Under the pieces are notes generated by a model, which saw nothing but the letters and a program-made list of their open reading frames with translations, had not been told where the DNA came from and made no database searches. From the NCBI GenBank assembly GCA_028826165.1, contig JAPDFW010000103.1:682001-746000 (forward strand): a stretch of 64,000 nt of DNA, written 5' to 3'. Every line of letters starts with the position of its first letter. Within the stretch, counting starts at the first letter, position 1. The translations under genes and the position numbers were made by a program. Positions 25,201 to 37,483 of this stretch are shown piece by piece. The stretch is from Anaeramoeba ignava BMAN (Eukaryota; Protista; Anaeramoebae).

Positions 25201-28200
25201 AAGAAAATTAAAAAACCTAAAGAAGAAATTCAACAACAAAAACCAAAAGAAGAAATTGTTGAAATTGAAAAACCAAAAGAAATTCAACAACAAGATCAAC
25301 AAAAACCCAAAGAAGAAATTGTTGAAATTCAAAAACCAAAATCTAAATCTAAATCTAAATCTAAATCTAAATCTAAATCAAAATCTAAATCTAAATCTAA
25401 ATCTAAATCTAAATCTAAATCAAAATCTAAATCTAAATCAAAATCAAAATCTAAATCTAAATCAAAATCATCAACATCAACATCAACATCATCAGATGAT
25501 GATAAAGAACTCTGATGAAAAATAAAAAAGCAGAAAAAAAAGAAATTAAGAGAAGAAAAGAAAAGAAAAGAACAAAAAGAAGAAAAGAAAGAAAAAGAAG
25601 AAAAGAAAAAGAAAAAGAATTAAAGAAGAGAAAAGATTAGAAGCAGAAAGAATAAAAGAACAAAAAAGATTAGAAGAAGAAGAAAAAAAGAAAGAAGCTG
25701 AAAGAATTAAAGAACAAAAAAGATTAGAAGCAGAAAGAATAAAAGAACAAAAAAGATTAGAAGAAGAAGAAAAAAAGAAAGAAGCAGAAAGAATTAAAGA
25801 AGAAAAAAAGAAAGAAGCAGAAAGAATAAAAGAACAAAAAAGATTAGAAGCTGAAGAAAAAAAGAAAGAAGCAGAAAGAATAAAAGAAGAAAAAAGATTA
25901 GAAGCTGAAAGAATAAAAGAAGAGAAAAGATTAGAAGCAGAAAGAAAAAAAGCAGAAAAACAAATGAAAAAACAAAAATCAAAAGATGAAAAACCAAAAA
26001 AATCTAAATCGATTCTTTCATTTTTAAAATCAAAAAAAAAATCAAAAGATGAAAAATCAAAAGATGAAAAATCTAAATCTAAATCTAAATCTAAATCAAA
26101 ATCAAAATCAAAATCAAAATCAAAATCAAAATCAAAATCATCAGATGAAGATAAAAAGAAAATTAAAAAAGTTAAAGAAGAAATTCAACAACAAAAACCA
26201 AAAGAAGAAATTGTTGAAATTGAAAAACCAAAAGAAATTCAACAACAAGATCAACAAAAACCCAAAGAAGAAATTGTTGAAATTCAAAAACCAAAATCTA
26301 AATCTAAATCAAAATCAAAATCAAAATCAAAATCTAAATCAAAATCTAAATCTAAATCTAAATCTAAATCTAAATCAAAATCTAAATCTAAATCTAAATC
26401 AAAATCTAAATCAAAATCAAAATCTAAATCTAAATCTAAATCTAAATCAAAATCTAAATCAAAATCATCAACATCAACATCAACATCATCAGATGATGAT
26501 AAAGAACTTGATGAAAATAAAAAGCAGAAAAAGAAATTAAGAGAAGAAAAGAAAAGAATTAAGCAACAAAAAAAAGAAGAAAAGAAAAGAATAAAAGAAG
26601 AAAAAAAGAAAGAAGCTGAAAGAATTAAAGAACAAAAAAGATTAGAAGCAGAAAGAATTAAAGAACAAAAAAGATTAGAAGAAGAAGAAAAAAAGAAAGA
26701 AGCTGAAAGAATCAAAGAAGAAAAAAGATTAGAAGCAGAAAGAATAAAAGAACAAAAAAGATTAGAAGAAGAAGAAAAAAAGAAAGAAGCTGAAAGAATC
26801 AAAGAAGAAAAAAGATTAGAAGCAGAAAGAATAAAAGAACAAAAAAGATTAGAAGCTGAAGAAAAAAAGAAAGAAGCAGAAAGAATTAAAGAAGAAAAAA
26901 GATTAGAAGCTGAAAGAATTAAAGAACAAAAAAGATTAGAAGCTGAAGAAAAAAAGAAAGAAGCAGAAAGAATAAAAGAACAAAAAAGATTAGAAGCTGA
27001 AAGAAAAAAAGCAGAAAAACAAATGAAAAAACAAAAATCAAAAGATGAAAAATCTAAATCATCAAAAACTTCTAAATCTAAATCTAAATCTAAATCAAAA
27101 TCTAAATCTAAATCATCTACATCAACATCAACATCAGATGAAGATAAAAAGAAAATTAAAAAAGTTAAAGAAGAAATTCAACAACAAAAACCAAAAGAAG
27201 AAATTGTTGAAATTGAAAAACCAAAAGAAATTCAACAACAAGATCAACAAAAACCCAAAGAAGAAATTGTTGAAATTCAAAAACCAAAATCTAAATCTAA
27301 ATCAAAATCTAAATCAAAATCTAAATCAAAATCTAAATCTAAATCTAAATCAAAATCTAAATCAAAATCTAAATCAAAATCTAAATCTAAATCAAAATCA
27401 TCAACATCAACATCAACATCATCAGATGATGATAAAGAACTTGATGAAAATAAAAAAGCAGAAAAAAAGAAATTAAGAGAAGAAAAGAAAAGAATTAAGC
27501 AACAAAAAAAAGAAGAAAAGAAGAGAATAAAAGAAGAAAAAAAGAAAGAAGCTGAAAGAATTAAAGAAGAAAAAAGATTAGAAGCAGAAAGAATAAAAGA
27601 ACAAAAAAGATTAGAAGAAGAAGAAAAAAAGAAAGAAGCTGAAAGAATTAAAGAAGAAAAAAGATTAGAAGCTGAAGAGAAAAAGAAAGAAGCAGAAAGA
27701 ATCAAAGAAGAAAAAAGATTAGAAGCTGAAAGAATCAAAGAAGAAAAAAAGAAAGAAGCAGAAAGAATTAAAGAAGAAAAAAGATTAGAAGCTGAAAGAA
27801 TAAAAGAAGAGAAAAAGAAAGAAGCAGAAAGAATCAAAGAAGAAAAAAGATTAGAAGCAGAAAGAAAAAAAGCAGAAAAACAAATGAAAAAACAAAAATC
27901 AAAAGATGAAAAATCTAAATCATCAAAAACTTCTAAATCTAAATCTAAATCTAAATCAAAATCTAAATCTAAATCAAAATCTAAATCTAAATCTAAATCT
28001 AAATCTAAATCTAAATCTAAATCTAAATCTAAATCTAAATCATCAACATCAACATCAGATGAAGATAAAAAGAAAATTAAAAAAGTTAAAGAAGAAATTC
28101 AACAACAAAAACCAAAAGAAGAAATTGTTGAAATTGAAAAACCAAAAGAAATCCAACAACAAGATCAACAAAAACCCAAAGAAGAAATTGTTGAAATTCA

Positions 28201-30493
28201 AAAACCAAAATCTAAATCTAAATCAAAATCTAAATCAAAATCTAAATCAAAATCTAAATCAAAATCTAAATCAAAATCTAAATCTAAATCTAAATCTAAA
28301 TCTAAATCAAAATCTAAATCAAAATCAAAATCAAAATCTAAATCAAAATCTAAATCAAAATCTAAATCAAAATCATCAACATCAACATCATCAACATCAT
28401 CAGATGATGATAAAGAACTTGATGAAAATAAAAAAGCAGAAAAAAAGAAATTAAGAGAAGAAAAGAAAAGAATTAAGCAACAAAAAAAAGAAGAAAAGAA
28501 AAGAATAAAAGAAGAAAAAAAGAAAGAAGCAGAAAGAATTAAAGAAGAAAAAAAGAAAGAAGCAGAAAGAATTAAAGAACAAAAAAGATTAGAAGAAGAA
28601 GAAAAAAAGAAAGAAGCAGAAAGAATTAAAGAACAAAAAAGATTAGAAGCTGAAGAGAAAAAGAAAGAAGCAGAAAGAATTAAAGAAGAGAAAAGATTAG
28701 AAGCTGAAAGAATTAAAGAAGAAAAAAGATTAGAAGCAGAAAGAATTAAAGAACAAAAAAGATTAGAAGCTGAAGAAAAAAAGAAAGAAGCAGAAAGAAT
28801 TAAAGAAGAGAAAAGATTAGAAGCTGAAAGAATTAAAGAAGAAAAAAGATTAGAAGCAGAAAGAATTAAAGAAGAAAAAAGATTAGAAGCTGAAAGAAAA
28901 AAAGCAGAAAAACAAATGAAAAAACAAAAATCAAAAGATGAAAAATCTAAATCATCAAAAACTTCTAAATCTAAATCAAAATCTAAATCAAAATCTAAAT
29001 CAAAATCTAAATCTAAATCTAAATCTAAATCATCAACATCAACATCAGATGAAGATAAAAAGAAAATTAAAAAACCTAAAGAAGAAATTCAACAACAAAA
29101 ACCAAAAGAAGAAATTGTTGAAATTGAAAAACCAAAAGAAATTCAACAACAAGATCAACAAAAACCCAAAGAAGAAATTGTTGAAATTCAAAAACCAAAA
29201 TCAAAATCTAAATCTAAATCAAAATCAAAATCTAAATCTAAATCAAAATCAAAATCAAAATCTAAATCAAAATCAAAATCAAAATCATCAGATGAAGATA
29301 AAAAGAAAATTAAAAAAGTTAAAGAAGAAATTCAACAACCCAAAGAAGAAATTGTTGAAATTGAAAAACCAAAAGAAATTCAACAACAAGATCAACAAAA
29401 ACCAAAAGAAGAAATTGTTGAAATTCAAAAACCAAAATCAAAATCTAAATCTAAATCAAAATCAAAATCTAAATCTAAATCAAAATCTAAATCTAAATCT
29501 AAATCTAAATCAAAATCTAAATCTAAATCTAAATCATCAACATCAGATGAAGATAAAAAGAAAATTAAAAAAGTTAAAGAAGAAATTCAACAACCCAAAG
29601 AAGAAATTGTTGAAATTGAAAAACCAAAAGAAATTCAACAACAAGATCAACAAAAACCAAAAGAAGAAATTGTTGAAATTCAAAAACCAAAATCAAAATC
29701 TAAATCAAAATCTAAATCTAAATCTAAATCTAAATCAAAATCTAAATCAAAATCTAAATCTAAATCTAAATCTAAATCTAAATCATCTACATCCACTTCT
29801 TCATCTTCATCAGATGAAAAGAAAAAAAAAGAAAAAATTGATTTGAAAAAAATTCGAGAACAAAAGCAAAATGATCTTTCTGGAATTAAAGAAGAGAAAA
29901 ATAAAACACAAACCAAGATTTTGGAACTCAAAAAAATGGAAGAAAAGCAAAAAGAAGAACAACAATCAATCAAACAAGAGCAACAAAAAGAACAGAATGT
30001 TTTGAAAGAAATTGAACAAGAAGAACAAGAGCTTCTTAAAAAACTAGAGGAAATAAGACAAAACAAAAAACAAAAACAAGAAAATTTATCAAATCTCAAT
30101 AAAAAATACGAAGAAAGTATCAAAGAACAATCAAAAATTAAAGAAAGTTCAGATCAACAATCGAATTTATTACACCAAATCAATCAAAATGAACAAAATA
30201 AAGCAAAAGAGATTGAAGAAGTTGAAGAAAAAATTAAAAAAAGAGAAGAAAAAAAAAAGAAAAAAAAAGCAAAGAAATCAAAATCAAAATCAAAATCTAA
30301 ATCAAAACCAAAATCTAAATCAAAATCAAAATCAAAATCTAAATCAAAATCAAAATCAAAATCTAAATCAAAATCAAAATCAAAATCTAAATCAAAATCA
30401 AAATCAAAATCTAAATCAAAATCAAAATCATCAACATCAACATCAAATTCAAAATCAAAATCAAAATCTAAATCAAAATCTAAATCAGATTGA
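16274..30493 (+). CDS. Giant (~4600 aa) protein: N-terminal LRR head (MG start, LRRC57-like) followed by ~10 higher-order repeats of E/K/R helix, (SK)n and PKEEIVEIEK blocks; two frameshift patches are probably assembly errors
   Basis: Exon 1 16274-16315 (MGNKLEQLIKKKYK), exon 2 16566-17079 (LRRs such as LTYLSFRNNHLTEIP and LQTLDLRSNQIQVVP), exon 3 from 17253 continuing in the frame of ORF 17879..23983. Breaks at ~23975-24150 and ~25510-25620; final stop at 30493. Confidence 0.8.
18900..29810 (+). repeat. Higher-order coding tandem repeat, unit ~0.93-1.08 kb
   Basis: The marker encoding SDDDKEL recurs at ~19601, 20676, 21623, 22607, 23618, 24559, 25492, 26489, 27422 and 28400, followed by shorter terminal units. 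Confidence 0.92.
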
Positions 30494-30685
30494 TTTTACA
30501 ATAACCCAAATTTTGATGAAATGATTCATTCATTTTTTTCATTCATTTTTTTTCATTTCCTTTCTTCTTTTTCAAAACAATATAATTTTGTTTTGATTCA
30601 TTTTTGATATTTTCCAAATAAAGGAAATGAAACAAAACCCAAAAAAATTTTTTTTCATTTTTTTCATTTTTTTTCTTTTTCAAAA

Positions 30686-32503
30686 ATGAATGAAATTATA
30701 TTTTTTGGTTCAAATAATTCACCAAAACTTATCAAAAATGAACAAAATTTAATAACAAAACCAATTCAATTTAAATTTGAAAATGAAAATGAAAATGAAA
30801 AACAAATTAAACAAATTAAACAAATTTCATCATCAAATTTTTCAACAATTTTCCTTTTTAAAAATGGAAAAGCAATAGAATATTTAAATGAAAATGATTC
30901 AAATCAAAATCCTGAAAAAATCCAAATTAAAAATATTCAAAAAGTAACTGTTGGTTATCAAAATGAAGCTATTTTAACAAAAGAAGGAAATGTATTTTTT
31001 CTAAAAAGATATGAATTTGAAAATCCTCAAGAATTTATCAATATTTCATCATTAATTGAAGATATAAATGATAGAATAATTGAAGATATTGTTTCTGGAT
31101 ACAATTCAGTTTACTTATTAACTTCAAATAGAAATGTCTACACAAATGAACCTGCAAAATTTCCTGAAATTAGTGCTCCAGCGTTTGAAATATTCCCAAA
31201 AGAAGAAAAACCAATTTTAATTATGAAAAATGTTTCTAAAATATTTTCAGGAGATTCTTCAAATTTTGCTTTTTTTTTAAATTCAAATCAAGAATTATTT
31301 GGATATGGAGACAATTATCATGGTCAACTTGGATTAGGTGAATCAAGAAATGGAACTGTATTTATCAATCCAACCAAAATCCAAAATATTCCAAAAGGCA
31401 AAGTAATTGATATTCAATGTGGCAATATGCATTCAGTAATGTTAATTGAAAATGAAAATGAAGATGAAAATCCAAAAAGAAAACTTTATTCATGTGGAAA
31501 CTATCAATATAATGGACTTGGCCATAATGAAAATACTTATGAATTTACTGAAATCAAATCATCTTTATTTGATAATGATAATATTCTTGATATTTCTGTT
31601 GGAAATGAACATAATTTGATTTTAACAGAAAAAGGGAAATTAATAGGATTTGGAGATAATTATTATGCTCAATTAGGAAATGGAGATACAAAAAATCAAT
31701 CAATTCCAATTCAAATTGAACTTCCTAAATTAAGATTTAATGAAAATATCTCTAATTATCATATTTGTTGTGGACAAGCATCTTCATTTATTTATTATTC
31801 TCCTTTTTCCAATCTTGAAGAAGATTTGATAAAACTATTCCAAAGAAAGGAATTTTGTGATATTTCATTTAAAACAGAAAATGGAGAAATAATTGAAGCT
31901 CATAAATTAATATTGAAATATAGATTAAATCAAAATCAAAATCAAATTGAAAAACTTAAAGAAATTATTTCAAATAAATCAATTAAAGAATCAAATCAAA
32001 TATTTGAAATGATTTATTCAAATAATTCCAAAATAAATCCAATATTATATTCTGAAATTAAAGAAATTATAAATTCAAATGAAAAAATTGAAGAAACAAT
32101 TAAAAGAATTTATTTAAATGAAAATGAAAAAGATTTTATTATTGAAAGAAAAGAAAAACAATATAAATTTCCCAAACTAATATTAATAATGAGAAGTGAA
32201 TTATATCGAGGAATGTTTTTATCTGTAACAAATGATACTTCTAATAAAGTTACAGATTATAGTGAATTAAGTAATAAATCATTTGAAATATTTGAATATT
32301 GGATTTATTCAAATCAAATCAAAGATGGAATTCAAATTACACAAGAAATTATTGATGAAATTCAAAGAGGAATTGATTATTTTCAATTAAATCAAACAAA
32401 TCCAAATTTATTTGATTTATTAATTAACAAATTTAATAAAATTCAACAAAAAGTGGGAATGAAGGAAGAAAAGAAAAAGAAAGAGAAATGCTTAATTTTT
32501 TAA
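30686..32503 (+). CDS. RCC1/BLIP-II beta-propeller + tandem BTB protein, polybasic CaaX tail (KKKKEKCLIF)
   Basis: Blade motifs GDNYHGQLGLG, IQCGNMHS, VGNEHNLIL, GDNYYAQLG; BTB motifs FCDISF…AHKLIL and RSELYRGMF; intronless. Confidence 0.9.
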   Translation: MNEIIFFGSNNSPKLIKNEQNLITKPIQFKFENENENEKQIKQIKQISSSNFSTIFLFKNGKAIEYLNENDSNQNPEKIQIKNIQKVTVGYQNEAILTKEGNVFFLKRYEFENPQEFINISSLIEDINDRIIEDIVSGYNSVYLLTSNRNVYTNEPAKFPEISAPAFEIFPKEEKPILIMKNVSKIFSGDSSNFAFFLNSNQELFGYGDNYHGQLGLGESRNGTVFINPTKIQNIPKGKVIDIQCGNMHSVMLIENENEDENPKRKLYSCGNYQYNGLGHNENTYEFTEIKSSLFDNDNILDISVGNEHNLILTEKGKLIGFGDNYYAQLGNGDTKNQSIPIQIELPKLRFNENISNYHICCGQASSFIYYSPFSNLEEDLIKLFQRKEFCDISFKTENGEIIEAHKLILKYRLNQNQNQIEKLKEIISNKSIKESNQIFEMIYSNNSKINPILYSEIKEIINSNEKIEETIKRIYLNENEKDFIIERKEKQYKFPKLILIMRSELYRGMFLSVTNDTSNKVTDYSELSNKSFEIFEYWIYSNQIKDGIQITQEIIDEIQRGIDYFQLNQTNPNLFDLLINKFNKIQQKVGMKEEKKKKEKCLIF

Positions 32504-32528
32504 TTTTCTTTTTATTAAAAAAAGGGAT

Positions 32529-34862
32529 TCAAAAAAAAATGCAAAATTTTTGTTTGTTTTTTTTTTGATTTTGATTTTGATTTTGATTTAGATTTAGATT
32601 TAGATTTAGATTTAGATTTTGTTTTTGTTTTTGATTTTGATTTAGATTTTGATTTTGATTTTGATTTAGATTTAGATTTTGATTTAGATTTTGATTTTGA
32701 TTTTGGTTTTGATTTAGATTTTGATTTTGATTTTGATTTAGATTTTGGTTTTGATTTAGATTTTGATTTTGATTTAAATTTTGATTTTGATTTTGGTTTT
32801 GATTTAGATTTTGATTTTGATTTTGATTTTGATTTTGATTTTGATTTTGATTTTGATTTTGATTTTGATTATAAAATTTTTTAATTAATAAATCCAATAA
32901 ATTTGGATTTGTTTGATTTAATTGAAAATAATCAATTCCAATTTCAAGTTCATTAATTATTTCTTTTGTAATTTGAATTTCATCTTTAATTTGATTTGAA
33001 TAAATCCAATATTCAAATATTTCAAATGATTTATTACTTAATTCACTATAATCTGTAACTTTATTAGAAGTATCTTCAGTTACAGATAAAAACATTCCTC
33101 GATATAATTCACTTCTCATTATTAATATTAATTTTGGAAATTTATATTGTTTTTCTTTTCTTTCAATAACAAAATCTTTTTCATTTTCATTTTCATTTTC
33201 TTTTTGATTTTGATTTTCATTTTGATTTTGATTTTCATTTTGATTTTGATTTTCATTTTCATTTTCATTTTCATTTTCATTTTCATTTTCTTTTTCATTT
33301 TCTTTTTCATTTTCATTTTTATTTTCATTTAAATAAATTCTTTTCATTGTTTCTTCAATTTTTTCATTTGAATTTATAATTTCTTTAATTTCCAAATATA
33401 ATGCTAGATTTATTATTCTGTTTGAATAAATCATTTCAAATATTTGATTTGATTCTTTAATTGATTTTTTTGAAATAATTTCTTTAAGTTTTTCAATTTC
33501 ATTTTCATTTTGATTTAATCTATATTTCAATATTAATTTATGAGCTTCAATTATTTCTCCATTTTCTGTTTTAAATGAAATATCACAAAATTCCTTTCTT
33601 TCAAATAATTTTATCAAATCTTCTTCAAGATTGGAAAAAGGAGAAGGAGAATAATAAAAAAATGAAGCTGTTTGTCCACAACAAATATGATAATTAGAAA
33701 TATCATCTTTAAATTTTACATCAGGTAATGTGATTAAAGTTGGTTTTCTTATGATCATTTCTGTGTTTCCAATTCCTAACTGACCATATCTGTTACTTCC
33801 AAATGAAATTAAATTCCGATTTTGAGTTAGTATCAAAGTATGAAAATTTCCACAATCAACTTCAGAGATTTCATCATTCTCAAATAAAGATGATTTGATT
33901 TCAGTAAATTCTGTTGTATGACCTTGTGTGTTTGTATCAGCTCCAAGTCCACATCTTTCAGTAAAACCACATGAATAAAGTTTTCTTTTTCCATTCTCTT
34001 CATCTTCAACAAGCATCACTGAATGACAGCATGTCAGGTGAAGATCAATTATTTTACCTTTTGGAATATTTTGGATTTTGGTTATTTTGTTGATTTCTCT
34101 TTCTTTCTTTGTATCTGATCCAAGTTGATGATAATAATTGTCTCCACATCCAAATAATTCTTGATTTGAATTTAAAAGAAAAACAGAATGGGTATGATTT
34201 CCTGAATAAATTTTAGAAACATTTTTCATCATTAAAATTGGTTTTTCTGTTCTTTGTGATTTTTTAGAATCAAATCCAAGTTGACCATAATAATTTGAAC
34301 CAAATCCATAAGCATTTTGATTTGAAGTTAATAAGTAAATTGAATTCATTCCACAAACAAAATCTTCAATTATTCTATCATTTATATCTTCAATTGATGA
34401 TGAAATATTGATAAATTCTTGAGGATGATTTCGATCAATATCATATCCTTTTGCAAATACATTTCCTTCTATTGTTAAAATGACTTCAACATTACTATTG
34501 ATGAAGTATTTTGTTATATTTGAGGATGAAAGACCGCTTGCAAAAAATGTTTCTATTCCATTAAAATATTGATTTGCTTTTTCATTTTTGTAAATGTACA
34601 AATTGAGAATTTGAATTGAAGAAATTGGTTTAATTTGTTTTTCATTTTCATTTTCATTTTCATTTTCATTTTCATTTTCATTTTCATTTTCATTTTTATA
34701 TCGATTTTTATATTGGTTTTTTTGAGGAAAATCTAAATGAATTGGTGTTGTTATATCTTCTGGTTGATTTTTAACAACCTCTCTAAGAATATTAGATCCC
34801 CAAAACCAAGTATCAAAAAAATTTTTTTTTTGGATTGAATTTTTCGAAAGGATGAAATTCAT
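32529..34862 (-). CDS. RCC1 propeller + tandem BTB protein with QN tail and CaaX-like end (KQKFCIFF)
   Basis: GSNYYGQLG, CGNFHTLIL, GSNRYGQLG and the same BTB module as its paralogs; intronless. Confidence 0.9.
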   Translation of the reverse strand: MNFILSKNSIQKKNFFDTWFWGSNILREVVKNQPEDITTPIHLDFPQKNQYKNRYKNENENENENENENENENEKQIKPISSIQILNLYIYKNEKANQYFNGIETFFASGLSSSNITKYFINSNVEVILTIEGNVFAKGYDIDRNHPQEFINISSSIEDINDRIIEDFVCGMNSIYLLTSNQNAYGFGSNYYGQLGFDSKKSQRTEKPILMMKNVSKIYSGNHTHSVFLLNSNQELFGCGDNYYHQLGSDTKKEREINKITKIQNIPKGKIIDLHLTCCHSVMLVEDEENGKRKLYSCGFTERCGLGADTNTQGHTTEFTEIKSSLFENDEISEVDCGNFHTLILTQNRNLISFGSNRYGQLGIGNTEMIIRKPTLITLPDVKFKDDISNYHICCGQTASFFYYSPSPFSNLEEDLIKLFERKEFCDISFKTENGEIIEAHKLILKYRLNQNENEIEKLKEIISKKSIKESNQIFEMIYSNRIINLALYLEIKEIINSNEKIEETMKRIYLNENKNENEKENEKENENENENENENENQNQNENQNQNENQNQKENENENEKDFVIERKEKQYKFPKLILIMRSELYRGMFLSVTEDTSNKVTDYSELSNKSFEIFEYWIYSNQIKDEIQITKEIINELEIGIDYFQLNQTNPNLLDLLIKKFYNQNQNQNQNQNQNQNQNQNQNLNQNQNQNQNLNQNQNLNQNQNLNQNQNQNLNQNQNQNQNLNQNLNLNQNQNQNLNQNQKQKQNLNLNLNLNLNQNQNQNQKKNKQKFCIFF

Positions 34863-34910
34863 TTATTTAAATTTGAAGAAAAAAAAAATGAAAAAAAAAA
34901 AATGAAAAAA

Positions 34911-35953
34911 TTATTGATTAAATTATTAATTAAATTATTTATCAAATTATAAATTAAATTATTAATTAAATTATTAATTAAATTATTAAATTATTAATTA
35001 AATTATTGATTAAATTATTAATTAAATTATTAATTAAATTATTAATTAAATTATTTATTAAATGATTAAATTATTAAATAAATTATTGATTAAATTATTA
35101 ATTAAATTATTAATTAAATCATTGATTAAATTATTAATTAAATTATTAATTAAATCATTGATTAAATTATTAAATAAATTATTAATTAAATTATTTATTA
35201 AATTATTGATTAAATTATTAAATAGATCATTGATTAAATTATTAATTAAATTATTAATTAAATTATTAATTAAATTATTTATTAAATTATTAATTAAATT
35301 ATTAAATTATTAATTAAATTATTGATTAAATTATTTATTAAATTATTAATTAAATTATTAAATTATTAATTAAATTATTGATTAAATTATTAATTAAATT
35401 ATTAATTAAATTATTAATTAAATTATTGATTAAATTATTGATTAAATTATTGAATAAATTATTTATTAAATTATTGAATAAATTATTGATTAAATTATTA
35501 ATTAAATTATTAATTAAATTATTGATTAAATTATTGATTAAATTATTAATTAAATTATTAAATAAATTATTGATTAAATTATTAATTAAATTATTTATTA
35601 AATTATTAATTAAATTATTAATTAAATTATTGATTAAATTATTAATTAAATTATTGAATAAATTATTGAATAAATTATTGAATAAATTATTTATTAAATT
35701 ATTGATTAAATTATTGATTAAATTATTAATTAAATTATTGATTAAATTATTAATTAAATTATTAATTAAATTATTTATTAAATTATTAAATTATTAATTA
35801 AATTATTGAATAAATTATTAATTAAATTATTTATTAAATTATTAATTAAATTATTAATTAAATTATTAATTAAATTATTAATTAAATTATTGAATAAATT
35901 ATTAATTAAATTATTAATTAAATTATTAAATAAATTATTAATTAAATTATTGA
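34911..35953. repeat. ~1 kb 12-bp tandem repeat (TTAAATTATTAA-type), intergenic
   Basis: Direct reading; it produces the spurious (LLIK)n ORFs. Confidence 0.95.
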
Positions 35954-37411
35954 TTAAATAAAAAAAGTTTCAAGTTCATCAATTTGCCAATCTCCATCAC
36001 CAGTACAGAAATAATTTGTTTCTTCATTTGTTTTATAAAAAATTCCTTTTGGCAAAGTAAAGCATTGACCAAAATATCCAGTTTTTCCGCGCTTGAGATT
36101 CTTATAAGGAGCGCCTAAGCAAACATTGCAAAAACAAGGTCCATTGTTGATATTATAATAAACAGAATAACTTGTAGTCATTCCTTTTTTAACTGGATAT
36201 TTATCGGGAGGGCTATTTGTGGGATTTACTAAACTAAATAAAAATGCAGATGAATCTGTAATAAATCTGTCATTTTTTCCTTGAATCCATCCAACTGAAG
36301 TGAATCCTCCAAAAATATACTCCCCATTTCCTTTGAAAATGACTAGCGTTTTTCCTTTATTATCACATATTGAATGCCATTTTTTAGCTGAAAATCCATC
36401 CCTTTTGGCTGAAAATCCTAATTTCATTTTCGAAAAGAATTCATCATCATTTATCCATTCTTTTATTTTCTGAATATCCTTCATTTTTTCAATAATTGAT
36501 GATTCAAATCTTATTCTTGGTTTGAAAAGCAATGAATTTTCATTCTGATTTTCTTCTTCCAAAAATTGTTTGATTTCTACTTGGTTTTTTTTTGGTTTTT
36601 TTTGAAGTTTTTGGAATTGAATTAATTTTTGAGTAATTTCATTTGGAATTAAATCTTCTTTCAAAACATTTTTAAGTTCTTTTTTTGAAAAATCAATAAA
36701 TCTGATTTTATGAATAACATTTGAAATTTGATTTTGAATTTTTTCTTTTTCTTCCTTTTCAAGTTTTTGATATTCTTTTTCTTGATTAATATTTGATTTA
36801 TGTTTTCCCCATTTTATTATTGTTTGAAAAATTTCAAATTCACTTGTTAAAATTCGATCATTTGATAAAATTGAATTTAAATGATTTTCTTCAAGTTCAA
36901 AAAAAAATGGATTTTTGATAAATTCTTTAAAATTTTCAGAAATAAATTGATAACAAAAATCTAATAATTCATTCAAATTCATTGATTCAGATAATTTAAG
37001 AACATCAACAATAGTTTCAATTTGAAAATTCTTTTGGATAAATTTTGAACAAATTTCAATTAATTCATCAATTAAATATTTTGATGAAAAAACTAAAATT
37101 TGAATTGCATTTTCTAAATTAATTTCAATTTTTCCTGAATAAAAATAATTTAAAATTGAAGATAGAACTGAACTTGAAACATCTTGAAGAATTAATTTAT
37201 TTTCTTGATATTCTTTCATTTTTGATTTGAAAAGAGATTTAAAATATTGACTTCTTGAAGAAAGAATTGATTTATGAGTTTTAAATGAAGTTTTATTTTC
37301 TTCACAAATTATTTCAAAATCAAAATAATTTTCTTCTTCTTTTTCATTTTGGTTTTGAAATAAATTTTTTAAATCATTTGAAAGTTTTTCTAAATTTGAA
37401 TAATTTTCCAT
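35954..37411 (-). CDS. BTB-BACK-TLDc protein
   Basis: BTB FKTHKSILSSRSQYFKSLF…M.E; BACK SEFEIFQTIIKW; TLDc GFSAKRDGFS…CDNKGKTLVIFK…IFGGFT…AFLFSL…IDELETF. Confidence 0.92.
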   Translation of the reverse strand: MENYSNLEKLSNDLKNLFQNQNEKEEENYFDFEIICEENKTSFKTHKSILSSRSQYFKSLFKSKMKEYQENKLILQDVSSSVLSSILNYFYSGKIEINLENAIQILVFSSKYLIDELIEICSKFIQKNFQIETIVDVLKLSESMNLNELLDFCYQFISENFKEFIKNPFFFELEENHLNSILSNDRILTSEFEIFQTIIKWGKHKSNINQEKEYQKLEKEEKEKIQNQISNVIHKIRFIDFSKKELKNVLKEDLIPNEITQKLIQFQKLQKKPKKNQVEIKQFLEEENQNENSLLFKPRIRFESSIIEKMKDIQKIKEWINDDEFFSKMKLGFSAKRDGFSAKKWHSICDNKGKTLVIFKGNGEYIFGGFTSVGWIQGKNDRFITDSSAFLFSLVNPTNSPPDKYPVKKGMTTSYSVYYNINNGPCFCNVCLGAPYKNLKRGKTGYFGQCFTLPKGIFYKTNEETNYFCTGDGDWQIDELETFFI

Positions 37412-37483
37412 TTTTTATTTAAAAGAAAAAAATGAAATTTTATTTTTTCATTTTTCATTTTTTCATTTTTTTCTTTTTCAAAA
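37412..37483. promoter_or_regulatory. 72-bp putative bidirectional promoter with TCATTTT Inr-like motifs on both strands
   Basis: It lies between divergent ATGs at 37411 and 37484, with AAAAAATGAAA (minus-strand TTTCATTTTTT) and three plus-strand TTTCATTTT copies. Confidence 0.6.

Noticed and set aside
17053-30123. Antisense and alternate-frame ORFs over the giant gene
   Set aside because: They are by-products of stop-poor repeat codons; there is no independent evidence for them.
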